A DNA stretch of 64,000 nucleotides, taken from NCBI GenBank assembly GCA_038106355.1, contig JAYODQ010000005.1, positions 9,301 to 73,300 of the forward strand, read 5' to 3'. The position numbers were made by a program, and so were the translations under genes. This DNA is from Candidatus Poseidoniales archaeon (lineage in GTDB: Archaea > Thermoplasmatota > Poseidoniia > Poseidoniales > Poseidoniaceae). Position 1 is the stretch's first letter, and each line of letters opens with the position of its first letter. Below, piece by piece: positions 1 through 9,479 of this stretch. The notes beneath the pieces are model-generated. The model did no database searches and was not told where the DNA came from. It saw only the letters and a program-made list of their open reading frames with translations.

Positions 1-555
1 GTTCATTGCATCCAATGCATGTCCATCGCCATCGAGGAGGTGTGGATGGAGGCGCCATTCGGGTTGCATTGAACCAATCCAACGCACACGTTCATCTTCA
101 AGCAGGATTTCGACAAATTGAGCGTTCGCTTCTGGGGCTCGAATTAACCAAACTTCATTTGAGACAAATTCAATGGGAGTGAACCCGAATTCATCCATAA
201 GGTCCAACAATAGGTCACCATTTTTTTCAGTTAACTGAAGCAAGAAAAGACCAGTCGATTCACCATCATCGTTTCGAGTAAAGGTTGAGCTTGATGACGG
301 CATACCATCAAGGGGGTCAAATGTTACAGTAGCCAGAGCGATAACTCCAGACGAAGGATGAAGTTCAGCCTCAGCCTGTATGGGTTCTGGAAACATCGAC
401 CAAGGGTGAGCAAATTCCGGTGTGGGTGATGATTCACCCTTCCATTCAAGCAATTGAGATTGATTGGATTCTTGTGCAGCAAATACAGAGAACGTCTGTA
501 ACAAAAACAAGGACGTGAAGAGCACGACATAGACTCTGGTTCGATGCATAATCAT
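1..555 (-). CDS. Secreted protein, N-terminal 185 codons only (gene runs off the left edge of the window)
   Basis: The minus-strand frame is open from ATG (553-555) down to position 1 with no stop. It is missing from the supplied track only because it is truncated. It starts MIMHRTRVYVVLFTSLFLLQTFSVFAAQES, which has a basic n-region, a hydrophobic core and an A-x-A-like site (signal peptide). The track ORF 324-530(-) is in another frame and looks non-coding. Confidence 0.5.
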   Translation of the reverse strand, partial: MIMHRTRVYVVLFTSLFLLQTFSVFAAQESNQSQLLEWKGESSPTPEFAHPWSMFPEPIQAEAELHPSSGVIALATVTFDPLDGMPSSSSTFTRNDDGESTGLFLLQLTEKNGDLLLDLMDEFGFTPIEFVSNEVWLIRAPEANAQFVEILLEDERVRWIGSMQPEWRLHPHLLDGDGHALDAMN

Positions 556-584
556 GGCGAATGAGAATCGACTTTTGAAAACAA

Positions 585-603
585 CCCTCGTTTGAATCGA
601 GGG
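585..603 (-). terminator. Hairpin plus T-rich tract just downstream of gap (candidate terminator)
   Basis: Inverted repeat ccctcg-N7-cgaggg lies 17 nt after the gap stop codon. On the minus strand it is followed by TTGTTTTC. Confidence 0.3.
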
Positions 604-619
604 ATGTAGAATTTTCAGA

Positions 620-1657
620 TTAAATTCCGTTGTATTTTGAAATGGCTGAGTCGGTTTTACTTACTGAAACTCTCCAATCACTTTCGAGGCCCATAAGTGC
701 TCGAATCGCATCAATATTTTCTGGTATTACATCGGATTCTTGATGTATCGCCTGGAAGTAATACAAGGTGTTTCCAGTCAATTTTACCCCATCTTTCCAA
801 ACAAAGATCTCATGCAAATCGCCCCACTTTCGACCGATATCCCTTGCGAATTCCATAACTTCAGCAGTCGAGGTGATGCCAGTTTCAACACCGCTCATGA
901 GAATGATTCGTGGTTGCGATGACCAAAGGTCAAGTACCGAATCAGTGGTCAAACCATGACCCTCTGGAAGCGTCACGACAATAGAATGACAATGCATGAT
1001 TGTTGTCGGCACAGCAACGGCCATTGAATTGATTTCAATTTCAGGTCGAACGGTCATGACATCAGGGCCGTGATGACTTGGTACTTTGAGCACTGGTGTA
1101 ATGGCATTGATTGGACCCTTTTTCGAATCGCCCGGGTCTGCAGCTCTTCGAATCATAGTACATTCTACTTTGAGTGAACCACAATGGTTGTACAGCGGAA
1201 CGAGTGTTCGTGATAGCCCAGTGGTGTTGCAAGAAACGACTCTTGTTCCTTCAGCGTTCAGGTTTTCTAGATGATTTGCTGATGAAGTATAGGATAATTC
1301 AGTCATCGAGTGCTTTTCACCCCCTTGAAAAATCCATTTCACACCAGCGGCCTGATACAACTCTTTGTTGGCTTGGCCTACCTTTCCCGGCGAGCAATCA
1401 ATCACAATATCAGCAACGGAGAGGAGGTCGGAAAGCCCTCCATGGCAAGTGTATCCAGCGGTCGCAAATGCAGCAATTTTCTCTGGTTCATCGTAGGTGC
1501 AATACAAGGGATAGCCCTTTCGAACTGCAAGGTCACATCCAAACGAAGGTCGAGTTTTGGTAACCCCAATGATGGTCATATCGTCTTGAGCATCAACTGC
1601 ATCAGCAACACGTTTTCCAATTGTTCCATATCCGTTGATGGCGACCTTGACAACCAT
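620..1657 (-). CDS. gap: Glyceraldehyde-3-phosphate dehydrogenase, archaeal type II
   Basis: 345 aa. N-terminal Rossmann motif VAINGYGTIGKRVA and catalytic-Cys segment VVSCNTTGL are typical of archaeal phosphorylating GAPDH. Confidence 0.9.
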   Translation of the reverse strand: MVVKVAINGYGTIGKRVADAVDAQDDMTIIGVTKTRPSFGCDLAVRKGYPLYCTYDEPEKIAAFATAGYTCHGGLSDLLSVADIVIDCSPGKVGQANKELYQAAGVKWIFQGGEKHSMTELSYTSSANHLENLNAEGTRVVSCNTTGLSRTLVPLYNHCGSLKVECTMIRRAADPGDSKKGPINAITPVLKVPSHHGPDVMTVRPEIEINSMAVAVPTTIMHCHSIVVTLPEGHGLTTDSVLDLWSSQPRIILMSGVETGITSTAEVMEFARDIGRKWGDLHEIFVWKDGVKLTGNTLYYFQAIHQESDVIPENIDAIRALMGLESDWRVSVSKTDSAISKYNGI

Positions 1658-1779
1658 AAGTCCTACCTAATCCAAACCCTATGAGTCATGTCAATAAACA
1701 ATTCCCTAACGATTCATTGTGGAAAGGCATGAATTTCAGAAGATTATTCATATTGTTAAGGAGAGTATTTGACTAAGAT

Positions 1780-3369
1780 GTGCAAGGGAATTGTATGGCG
1801 GATGTATCAGATGTGGTGCAACGTTCAATGAGTATTAACGAAAAACTGCATCCTCGGTTAGCAACGGCTGCGGAACAAAATGCAATTTTGCGCATTGGAT
1901 GGACCAATGCTGGTGACCCAGTGCCAAAGAACGGAGAACTCGGCCTATGCCCGGGTCTTCCGGATGGTGCACGAATACGTGCCTTAGGCAAACTTGGTTC
2001 TTGGGTCGCAGCATTTGGCCGCGGTGGCAGTTTCACCATTCAAGGGGACGCAGAGCATTTTTTGGGAGCGGGAAACCATGGTGTTTCAATCACGTGCGAA
2101 CAGTTTGCTGGAAATTTTGCAGGTTACATGATGTTTGATGGCGTCATCAAAATACTTGAGGGAGTAGGTCATGATGCAGGGTCCTCCATGCAGGGAGGAG
2201 TGTTGTTTATTCGAGGTTCTGCTGGAAAACGCTTAGGTGGTGGCATGAGTGGTGGAACAATCATTGTTCACGGCGATGTAGGTGATGAACCGGGGATTGG
2301 CATGACAGGGGGACAAATCATCATCAATGGTAGGTGTCCTCAACCGCCAGAAGGTGTCATGCTTCGACCACTCACCGACAAAGAAATCAAAGACATCAAC
2401 AAAGACCTTGATGAAGATATGGAAGTGCCAATTGATGCAGTATGTTTAGAGGTTGACGAGAATGGGGTGGAGCCCTCAGAAAACATACATTCCGCATCCG
2501 GAGATTTGAGCACGATAGGTTTGGTCCCGACAGAGAACAATCCTCTCCAATCTTATGCTTCAGTTGATACAGTGGCCCTTCTTGGTGATGAGGAGGGTGT
2601 TGAAACCATCGCCTTACCCCTCCCAATTCTGCCTCTTGTACAATCTGGAGAAGTGATGAAATCGACGGACGAACTTCCTTCGCGCCTGAGCAATGTACTC
2701 AATGGACAACCCGCTATCGTGTGTTCAAATCCTCGACCGATTGACTTGGCATACATTTCGTCGTACACCCTTGAAGGCATCGTTGATCTACTCAAGGATG
2801 TTGCTGGCTTCGTCATTGATTTTGATTCCTTTCCAAGTTTGACGGCAGAAGAAGTCGATGGGTTGGTCGTTGCATTGAGGGGACTCTCGAAACCCAACAT
2901 TCCAATGGTGTCAATTCAATCGTTGTCTCATGTACAACTTCAGCACCAGCGTTCTACCTATCATCAATTCCATCTCGCGCTCAGTCGCCTCGATGATGGC
3001 AGTGGTACACCCTATGTTGCATCCTTGCCCATCATAGGGCGGTCAGCGAAATCTCAGTTTGAGGGTTCAAATGCACAAGCAGGTATCATCAGTGAACTCG
3101 CATTACACGGTCATGACCTCGCCGTTCTCATAGCGAGTGGAATGACGATCGCATGTTGTCCTTGCCCTGTTGAACAAACTGACGACATTGCAATCTGGCT
3201 TTACGATATAAAAAGCGAATTGACTCGACACCTTCAAAGGATTGGAATTTCGACCATCGACGCCCTCTCACGGGCACATTTGAGAGCTCTTGACTACGAT
3301 ACTGCTGCAATGAGCGGACTGCGACTCAGTGGTTTTGAACGACCGTTACCTCACTGGTTTTCGAGTTGA
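1780..3369 (+). CDS. GXGXG-motif protein (glutamate synthase alpha-subunit C-terminal domain / FwdC-like) fused to a divergent GltB-domain-2-like C-terminal half
   Basis: aa ~85-195 carry the repeated G-x-G-x-G beta-helix pattern (GAGNHGVSI, GSSMQGGVLFIRGSAGKRLGGGMSGGTIIVHGDVGDEPGIGMTGGQIIING). The C-terminal part (ASGMTIACCPCP...ELTRHLQRIGISTIDAL) resembles the end of the GOGAT FMN/TIM-barrel domain. GTG start at 1780; ATG at 1795 is an alternative. Confidence 0.6.
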   Translation: MQGNCMADVSDVVQRSMSINEKLHPRLATAAEQNAILRIGWTNAGDPVPKNGELGLCPGLPDGARIRALGKLGSWVAAFGRGGSFTIQGDAEHFLGAGNHGVSITCEQFAGNFAGYMMFDGVIKILEGVGHDAGSSMQGGVLFIRGSAGKRLGGGMSGGTIIVHGDVGDEPGIGMTGGQIIINGRCPQPPEGVMLRPLTDKEIKDINKDLDEDMEVPIDAVCLEVDENGVEPSENIHSASGDLSTIGLVPTENNPLQSYASVDTVALLGDEEGVETIALPLPILPLVQSGEVMKSTDELPSRLSNVLNGQPAIVCSNPRPIDLAYISSYTLEGIVDLLKDVAGFVIDFDSFPSLTAEEVDGLVVALRGLSKPNIPMVSIQSLSHVQLQHQRSTYHQFHLALSRLDDGSGTPYVASLPIIGRSAKSQFEGSNAQAGIISELALHGHDLAVLIASGMTIACCPCPVEQTDDIAIWLYDIKSELTRHLQRIGISTIDALSRAHLRALDYDTAAMSGLRLSGFERPLPHWFSS

Positions 3370-3374
3370 TTGTT

Positions 3375-5066
3375 ATGCCAACCATCACCGTTCAACAAGC
3401 ACTCATGAACAAATTCTTGCGTTTGCAAGGTATTGACCTCGACAAGGAAAAAATCATGCAAGAACTTCCTTTGCTTGGAACAGATGTTGACCGATGTGAT
3501 GAAGAAGAACTTGTGATTGAAATTTTCCCAGACCGCCCTGATCTCCTTTCAGGCGAAACACTCTCCTATGCCATTGGACCGTTTTTGTACAACACCCCAT
3601 CAAAACCTTCTCTCAATATTTCACCATCCTCAATTTCAATGCATGTCGATGCATCCCTTGAGCACGTTCGTCCAGTAGTGTGTGGTGCAGTTGTCAAAGG
3701 TGTCAACATTCCAGAAGAGCAATCCGATGAATTCATCAAAGCGTTGATGGACCATCAAGAGAAACTTCATTTTGCAATCGGTCGAGGACGAAAGAGAGCA
3801 TCCATAGGCGTTCATGACCTTGATACTTTACAACCTCCATTTCGTGTCACAACCGTTGACCGTTCGTTTGCATTCGTCCCCCTTGGCCATACATCAGATA
3901 TGTCAATTGAAGAGATTCTGTCAACACATGCGAAGGGCATTGAATATGCACACTTACTTGAGGAGCATGAACTTGTACCGATGATTATCGATCATGCCGA
4001 CAGAGTTCTCTCATTCCCTCCCGTCATTAATGGTCGCCATACCACTGTGACTTCATCAACCAAGAATTTCTTCATCGATGTGACTGGTTGGGACCAAAAA
4101 GCGTGTGAGTGTTGTATTCTTCTCATCGCCTTACAACTGCAACAATGGGGCGGGAGCATTGAAAGTGTTGAACTCACAGATGTAAGAGGTCAAACAATGC
4201 ATTTTCCAGATGGGAATGCTCAAAACTACAACGTATCACAATCACTCATTCAATCATTTTTAGGTCGAAACTTTTCAGATGAAGAACTTCAAAAGGCAAT
4301 GAATCGAATGGGAGGGATATTTGTTGGAAGGGACACTTCAGATTCCATCACCGTTGCCATGCCAAGATGGAGGTACGACCTCCTCCATCCAGTTGATATC
4401 GTCGAAGAAATTGCGATTGGTCACGGTTACGAACATCTCGGCACTCAACAACCCACCATTGCCATGACCGGCCAACCACGCAAAGATGCTCATTTTCGAC
4501 GTCGCATACGAGAGTCAATGCAAGGCATGGGTTTCATGCAAGTTCAGTCACTCACGCTGTCCAATGAAGATGACCAGTTCAACAAAATGAGATGGAAACA
4601 AAACCATGAGGTAACAACTATTGCCAATCCAATCACTACAGAACACACAATTCTTCGTCAGTTTATATTGCCCAGTTTGATCAAATTGCTTGCATCCAAT
4701 AAGCATCACGAATTGCCACAGCATGTCTATGAACTTGGAACTGTGGTTCGAAACCATTCTAATTCAACACGATTATCGTTTTTGTCCGCTGAACGGAGTG
4801 GGGGATTTGCCGCCCTAAGGGGACGAATTCAAGCCTTTTGTAGAGACCTCGACATCAAAGATTGGAGTCTTGAGCCACTGGAAGAAGGCGATGGTCCATT
4901 TTTGTATGGTCGTTCTGCAAAGTGGATGGTTCAAGGAAATTGGGTTGGGTGCATTGGTGAACTTGACCCGAGTGTGTCATTATCTTATGATTTGAGGGTT
5001 CCGATTTCAGGGGCAGATATTGATGTTGACCTACTTGCATCACTCATTGAAGACCCCGTTGGATGA
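3375..5066 (+). CDS. pheT: Phenylalanine--tRNA ligase beta subunit (archaeal type)
   Basis: ~563 aa, the archaeal PheRS-beta size. B3/4-type segment LSFPPVINGRHTTVTSSTKNFFIDVTG, followed by a B5-like and a class-II-like C-terminal region. The ATG at 3375 is preferred over the track's TTG at 3366, which overlaps the upstream stop. Confidence 0.85.
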   Translation: MPTITVQQALMNKFLRLQGIDLDKEKIMQELPLLGTDVDRCDEEELVIEIFPDRPDLLSGETLSYAIGPFLYNTPSKPSLNISPSSISMHVDASLEHVRPVVCGAVVKGVNIPEEQSDEFIKALMDHQEKLHFAIGRGRKRASIGVHDLDTLQPPFRVTTVDRSFAFVPLGHTSDMSIEEILSTHAKGIEYAHLLEEHELVPMIIDHADRVLSFPPVINGRHTTVTSSTKNFFIDVTGWDQKACECCILLIALQLQQWGGSIESVELTDVRGQTMHFPDGNAQNYNVSQSLIQSFLGRNFSDEELQKAMNRMGGIFVGRDTSDSITVAMPRWRYDLLHPVDIVEEIAIGHGYEHLGTQQPTIAMTGQPRKDAHFRRRIRESMQGMGFMQVQSLTLSNEDDQFNKMRWKQNHEVTTIANPITTEHTILRQFILPSLIKLLASNKHHELPQHVYELGTVVRNHSNSTRLSFLSAERSGGFAALRGRIQAFCRDLDIKDWSLEPLEEGDGPFLYGRSAKWMVQGNWVGCIGELDPSVSLSYDLRVPISGADIDVDLLASLIEDPVG

Positions 5067-5072
5067 GAGAAC

Positions 5073-5744
5073 ATGTGTGGGCGCTTCGCACTCGCTCAAC
5101 AGTTAAGTGGACTAGCGATGCTTGTTGAGAATGAAGTTTCAACTCAACTCATTGAAGATTTTGAACCATCGTGGAATATTGCTCCAAAACATAAAATTCC
5201 CACGGTGACCTTTGATGTTAAAACACAAGTAAAACAATTGTGCTTAGCCACTTGGGGCTTGCGTCCCTCGTGGTCAAGTCCATCAAAAATTGAGCCCATC
5301 AATGCACAAATTGAAACTGCATCTTCAAAGCCTATGTTTCGCCAGTCTTGGAATTCAAGACGGTGTATCATTCCATTTGATGGTTGGTTCGAATGGAAGT
5401 CTACCCCGCTAGGAAAGCAGCCATTTTTTATTCATGTTGAATCAAAGCAGCCAGTGTTTTTTGCGGGATTGTGGGACCAATGGTTGGACAAGGAAGCAGA
5501 CACATCCATCATCTCGACGGTCATTTTAACGACTGAAGCGACTGAGTCACTCAAAGATGTTCATCACCGAATGCCAGTACTTGTTGGACTCAATCAACTG
5601 GATGCTTGGCTTGAATTTGGAGAATTCAAAAATCATGATTCAATCTCTTATGCATTTTATCCAGTATCGAAGAAAGTCAATTCTGTTGGGAACAATGGAC
5701 CTGACCTTGTCGACAGAGTGACTGGACTTGGCGATTACTGGTAA
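5073..5744 (+). CDS. SOS-response-associated peptidase (SRAP; YedK/HMCES family abasic-site sensor)
   Basis: The N-terminus MCGRFAL carries the Cys2 nucleophile. WNIAP, RRCIIPFDGWFEW and HHRMPV motifs occur in the canonical order. The gene starts 6 nt after the pheT stop. Confidence 0.85.
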   Translation: MCGRFALAQQLSGLAMLVENEVSTQLIEDFEPSWNIAPKHKIPTVTFDVKTQVKQLCLATWGLRPSWSSPSKIEPINAQIETASSKPMFRQSWNSRRCIIPFDGWFEWKSTPLGKQPFFIHVESKQPVFFAGLWDQWLDKEADTSIISTVILTTEATESLKDVHHRMPVLVGLNQLDAWLEFGEFKNHDSISYAFYPVSKKVNSVGNNGPDLVDRVTGLGDYW

Positions 5745-6181
5745 GGTCTGTAGGTTCCATCGGGATGTTTCACATACGGAGTGGATTCATACCCACCACC
5801 TTCTTTTTCTTTGTAATGATAGCCATCGGTATGGTGAAGATATTTCGCTTCCGATTGTCCTTGAGCGGTGGGTTCAGGCGTCGGCTCTGGGGATGATTCA
5901 ACTTGAGGAGCAACTGCAGGAACCGAGGCTTGCACTGCAGGTGATTCGATCGAATTCACCACTCCCTCGTATTGATCGCTTTGATTTTCTGACGCCACTA
6001 CATCAGTACTTCCACCACCAAACAATGCTAACGCATCTTTGTAGGCTTGTTGGTCAACATCTGTGTTTGAATTACGTGCAAAAGGGTCTTCGCCCTTGCT
6101 GTAGACGACCTTTTGAGGTTGCTCATCGGGCAATCTATCAATGGTTTCTTTAGATTTCTTGAACGGCCAAATTGGTGCCAT
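5735..6181 (-). CDS. Hypothetical low-complexity (probably disordered) protein
   Basis: The track ORF 5735-6364(-) overlaps the next gene's start. An internal ATG at 6181 (MAPIWPFKK...) avoids that overlap. P/E/Q/S-rich centre and a Tyr/Gly-rich C-terminus (DGYHYKEKEGGGYESTPYVKHPDGTYRPYQ). The opposing +ORF 5728-6153 is Cys/His/Arg-rich and looks non-coding. Confidence 0.4.
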   Translation of the reverse strand: MAPIWPFKKSKETIDRLPDEQPQKVVYSKGEDPFARNSNTDVDQQAYKDALALFGGGSTDVVASENQSDQYEGVVNSIESPAVQASVPAVAPQVESSPEPTPEPTAQGQSEAKYLHHTDGYHYKEKEGGGYESTPYVKHPDGTYRPYQ

Positions 6182-6274
6182 GCAACGTTGGAGAAATAAG
6201 GCATACATCAATTCTCCCCACATGAAGAAACAGGCATGGGTGGGCTTCAAATTCTTTGGTTGTATGGCTAAATC

Positions 6275-8725
6275 ATGCGGTGGGCTTTTGTCATCATTTT
6301 TATGTGCATGTTGACATCGAATTTTCCAATTCAAAGCATCGAGACCGTCGAGGCTGAAAATCAAGATTTTACAGTTGTTGGTCCCGAATCAATGGTGATT
6401 CATCAAGGTGAAGAAAAGTTCACCTATGTGACAATTCACAACACCATGGAAATTTTTCAAAATTTCACAATCGATGTATCTTCGATTGCTTCACCCCTTG
6501 AAGCCGTCAATTTACCTGTATCAGAAGTACTGGTGAACAACCATCTCCGGCAATTTCAAATTGGCTTCTTTGCACCATCGAATTCAACCTTCGGCACCTA
6601 CCCTGTTGTGTTAGAAATTTCAAGTGATATTGGGGGTGTAGCTCCCCAATTTTTTAACATGAACATCACTGTAGCTCCGTATTCGAATCTTGACTTTTGG
6701 GTTGGCGAATCATCAAACTTATTGGTTGATGGTGGAACACGTGCTACGGTTGCTGTCAACATTACGAACAATGCATCCCTCGAGGACCTTGTCAAATTTG
6801 ATGTTGTTTCAAATTCAAAGTGGAATTGGGGGTGGGTCATGAGTAATATCGAAAATGGTTCAGCATATATCTCAATGCAATCAGGTTCCTTACATTATGT
6901 GTATTTTTGGATTGATATTCCAAATGTAGAGGATGCGAAGCCACTTGCAGGGACGGGGCCAATGTTCACGCTCAGGGCAACATCTAGTTTGGACCTCGAA
7001 TTCACCGAATGGGATTTATATCTCAAAATGAATACGTATCGAAACGTTACGATAGATCGAAGTGATGGATTTGTTCAAATGCCCCCAGGTCAAGATGAAC
7101 GACTCGAAATCGATGTGAGAAACAATGGAAATATTGCAAATCGAATGAACATCACACTTCAAGCCATTGATTCAGATGGAATTCCTCTTGCAAATATGCC
7201 TGAAGCAGACCGCTTTTCCTCGGATGGTTGGACAATTGCATTGTTTGGTGGACTTGAGGATGTCGAGTTAGAACCTAACCAAACCAGAGTTCTTGAAATA
7301 GCATTTCAAGCACCCTATGAATTTGAAGGAAAGTTCTCAGTCCAATTGCGAATTTTTCCAAGTGGTGTTCCTGAGCGATTAAAAACCATCAATGTCTTTG
7401 GTGAAATCATTCGAAATAAAAGTGCTACAGCAACATATCAATCAACGGGATGTCTGAATATCCTGCCAGGCGAAACATGTGAAAATAGTATTGTGATCAC
7501 AAACAATGGAAATGCAAGGGACACATATTATCTTCGGCAAAGTGAGCCTGATGACCGCATCGATGTCACCTTACCATCAAACAGCCTGACCATTGAAAAT
7601 GGTTTCACAGATTCATTTGATGGAATTATTTTTCATGCAAAAAATGGGACTCTTGCATTTCTTCAAGGCGATATTGAAATCGAACTTCTTGATGATTCAT
7701 TTTCCCTTACGGGACTTGTAAAAATACCATATAAAATTGGACCAAAAATCATGTGGAATTTTTCCAACATTACTGAGAGTATCGATAGAAATGGATTGAT
7801 GGAAATTCAAATGAATGTTCGAAATGACGGAAATGCCATCGACGGACTTCTTGTTCAACTTCGATCTAGCCACAATACCGAGATGGCATTTATTCCACCG
7901 TTTATCGCTGAGGTAGAGGAAGGTGTTGAACAACCACGTTCCTTTGAAGTGAACGAGATTCCTCTTGGCTATAATTTTACCATCAAGTCGTGGGTTCAAC
8001 TCCCGATGGATCAGACCTCAAACGGAACAGTGTACATCAACACCTCCATTCGTTCAAAATTTGCACCGGAAATCGAATTTACGCACACGAGTCAAGGTGA
8101 CTACTTAGGAATCCCTTGGCAACCTGAGCCATATGTAGACCCAGGCATTACACTCCCTGAATTCGTGTCAACTTCCATTAAATACCTCAAGGCATGGTCA
8201 GGAGTTCTATTTGCTATTTTCATATCAGGCCTCATCATTTACAAAGCAATATCAGACAGGAACAAACGGTTGGAGGAACAGCAATTCCACGCTTCGGCCG
8301 AAGAGAAACCAACTGAAACAGAAGCAGATTGGCTCTCAAAATTCCAAAGGAAAGAACAAGAATTGGTCATAGACCAACAACGTGAGATTCCTAAGGAGGC
8401 CTTTGAAACAATGTTCAAATTGAGGGCACAACCTAAAGAGGTCATACAAGGAATTGACGATGACGTGAAAATACATTCGAGTTCAGTCTTGCAACAAGGC
8501 GACGTTCAACGAACACAAAGCCAAGCAAATCGCATCTTATCCACGATTCATGAATACGGAATAGCTCAACCTCATCCTGAGAATGAACGTTTACACTCAA
8601 AAGAACAGAGTGCTGAACGAACTGTGCGAAATGACAGTCAACACTTGCTTTCAAGCAACAAACATCATCAAGACAAAGACATCGAGTTCGAACTGCCTGA
8701 GATGATAGATTTAGATGATATTTGA
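6275..8725 (+). CDS. Single-pass surface glycoprotein candidate with CARDB/NEW3-like beta-sandwich modules
   Basis: 816 aa. Signal-like N-terminus MRWAFVIIFMCMLTSNFPIQS. Recurrent motifs (NITNNASLED, VRNNGNIANRMNITL, ITNNGNARDTYYL, VRNDGNAIDGLLVQL). At least 15 N-x-S/T sequons by eye. TM helix WSGVLFAIFISGLIIY followed by a ~170-aa charged tail. Confidence 0.6.
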   Translation: MRWAFVIIFMCMLTSNFPIQSIETVEAENQDFTVVGPESMVIHQGEEKFTYVTIHNTMEIFQNFTIDVSSIASPLEAVNLPVSEVLVNNHLRQFQIGFFAPSNSTFGTYPVVLEISSDIGGVAPQFFNMNITVAPYSNLDFWVGESSNLLVDGGTRATVAVNITNNASLEDLVKFDVVSNSKWNWGWVMSNIENGSAYISMQSGSLHYVYFWIDIPNVEDAKPLAGTGPMFTLRATSSLDLEFTEWDLYLKMNTYRNVTIDRSDGFVQMPPGQDERLEIDVRNNGNIANRMNITLQAIDSDGIPLANMPEADRFSSDGWTIALFGGLEDVELEPNQTRVLEIAFQAPYEFEGKFSVQLRIFPSGVPERLKTINVFGEIIRNKSATATYQSTGCLNILPGETCENSIVITNNGNARDTYYLRQSEPDDRIDVTLPSNSLTIENGFTDSFDGIIFHAKNGTLAFLQGDIEIELLDDSFSLTGLVKIPYKIGPKIMWNFSNITESIDRNGLMEIQMNVRNDGNAIDGLLVQLRSSHNTEMAFIPPFIAEVEEGVEQPRSFEVNEIPLGYNFTIKSWVQLPMDQTSNGTVYINTSIRSKFAPEIEFTHTSQGDYLGIPWQPEPYVDPGITLPEFVSTSIKYLKAWSGVLFAIFISGLIIYKAISDRNKRLEEQQFHASAEEKPTETEADWLSKFQRKEQELVIDQQREIPKEAFETMFKLRAQPKEVIQGIDDDVKIHSSSVLQQGDVQRTQSQANRILSTIHEYGIAQPHPENERLHSKEQSAERTVRNDSQHLLSSNKHHQDKDIEFELPEMIDLDDI

Positions 8726-9456
8726 ATGTGATTCCTGTGTGGATTTGTGGTATTGATGAAGCAGGTCGTGGTCCGGTGTTGGGCCCCCTTGTCGTCGCCC
8801 TATGTGGCATACCACAAGATGATATTCAATTATTGAGTGAACAAGCTATTGATGATTCGAAGGTTCTATCCAAACAAAAGAGAATGGAGATTGTTCATTG
8901 GTTTGAAGAAAAAAAGATAACGCATCAATGGCAAAGTTGCATTGTAGTTTGCGAGCCTGAAGAAATAGATTCCGCAGTGTATGAAAATAATCTCAATCTA
9001 CTCGAGGCTCAAGCATTTTCAAAGGTCATCCAAATGTTTGATGTTCAAGAACGTGCAGAAATTATTGCAGATGCTTGTGATACCAATCCCGAACGTTTCA
9101 CCCATCGAATCATCAATCATTTCAAAGATTGGTCGACTCGAAAATATACATTGAAAAGTGAGCATAAAGCAGATAGAAATCACCAAATTGTGAGTCTTGC
9201 CAGTATCATAGCGAAACATCATCGCGACCTTGCTATTGAGAATTTGAAAAATAATTTAGGTATCGACATTGGCTCAGGTTACCCAAGCGATCCGAAGACG
9301 CAACATGCACTTTCTCACCTTGTTTGTTTACCACAACCACATGATTCAGTTCGCTGGTCATGGAAAACAGTTCAAAATTTTTGGGCCGAACAATATGACA
9401 TGCCCCTCCCAGTTCGCTTACCTAACGGTTTGTCCCGTCAAACAACTTTGTTCTAA
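8722..9456 (+). CDS. rnhB: Ribonuclease HII
   Basis: Motifs ICGIDEAGRGPVLGPLVVA and DDSKVLS; ~240 aa. TTG (8722) or GTG (8728) start, overlapping the upstream stop. Confidence 0.9.
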   Translation: MNVIPVWICGIDEAGRGPVLGPLVVALCGIPQDDIQLLSEQAIDDSKVLSKQKRMEIVHWFEEKKITHQWQSCIVVCEPEEIDSAVYENNLNLLEAQAFSKVIQMFDVQERAEIIADACDTNPERFTHRIINHFKDWSTRKYTLKSEHKADRNHQIVSLASIIAKHHRDLAIENLKNNLGIDIGSGYPSDPKTQHALSHLVCLPQPHDSVRWSWKTVQNFWAEQYDMPLPVRLPNGLSRQTTLF

Positions 9457-9479
9457 CATTCTCAAACGATGGAACATTC

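Noticed and set aside
324-530. Track ORF of 68 aa on the minus strand
   Set aside because: The composition is Cys/Arg/Leu-rich and looks non-coding. It lies in a different frame inside the better-supported truncated ORF 1-555(-), which has a signal peptide and no stops.
5728-6153. 141-aa plus-strand ORF overlapping the 5735-6181(-) ORF
   Set aside because: Its translation is His/Cys/Arg/Leu-rich and atypical. It would also begin inside the SRAP gene. The minus-strand alternative is more protein-like, though itself only moderately supported.
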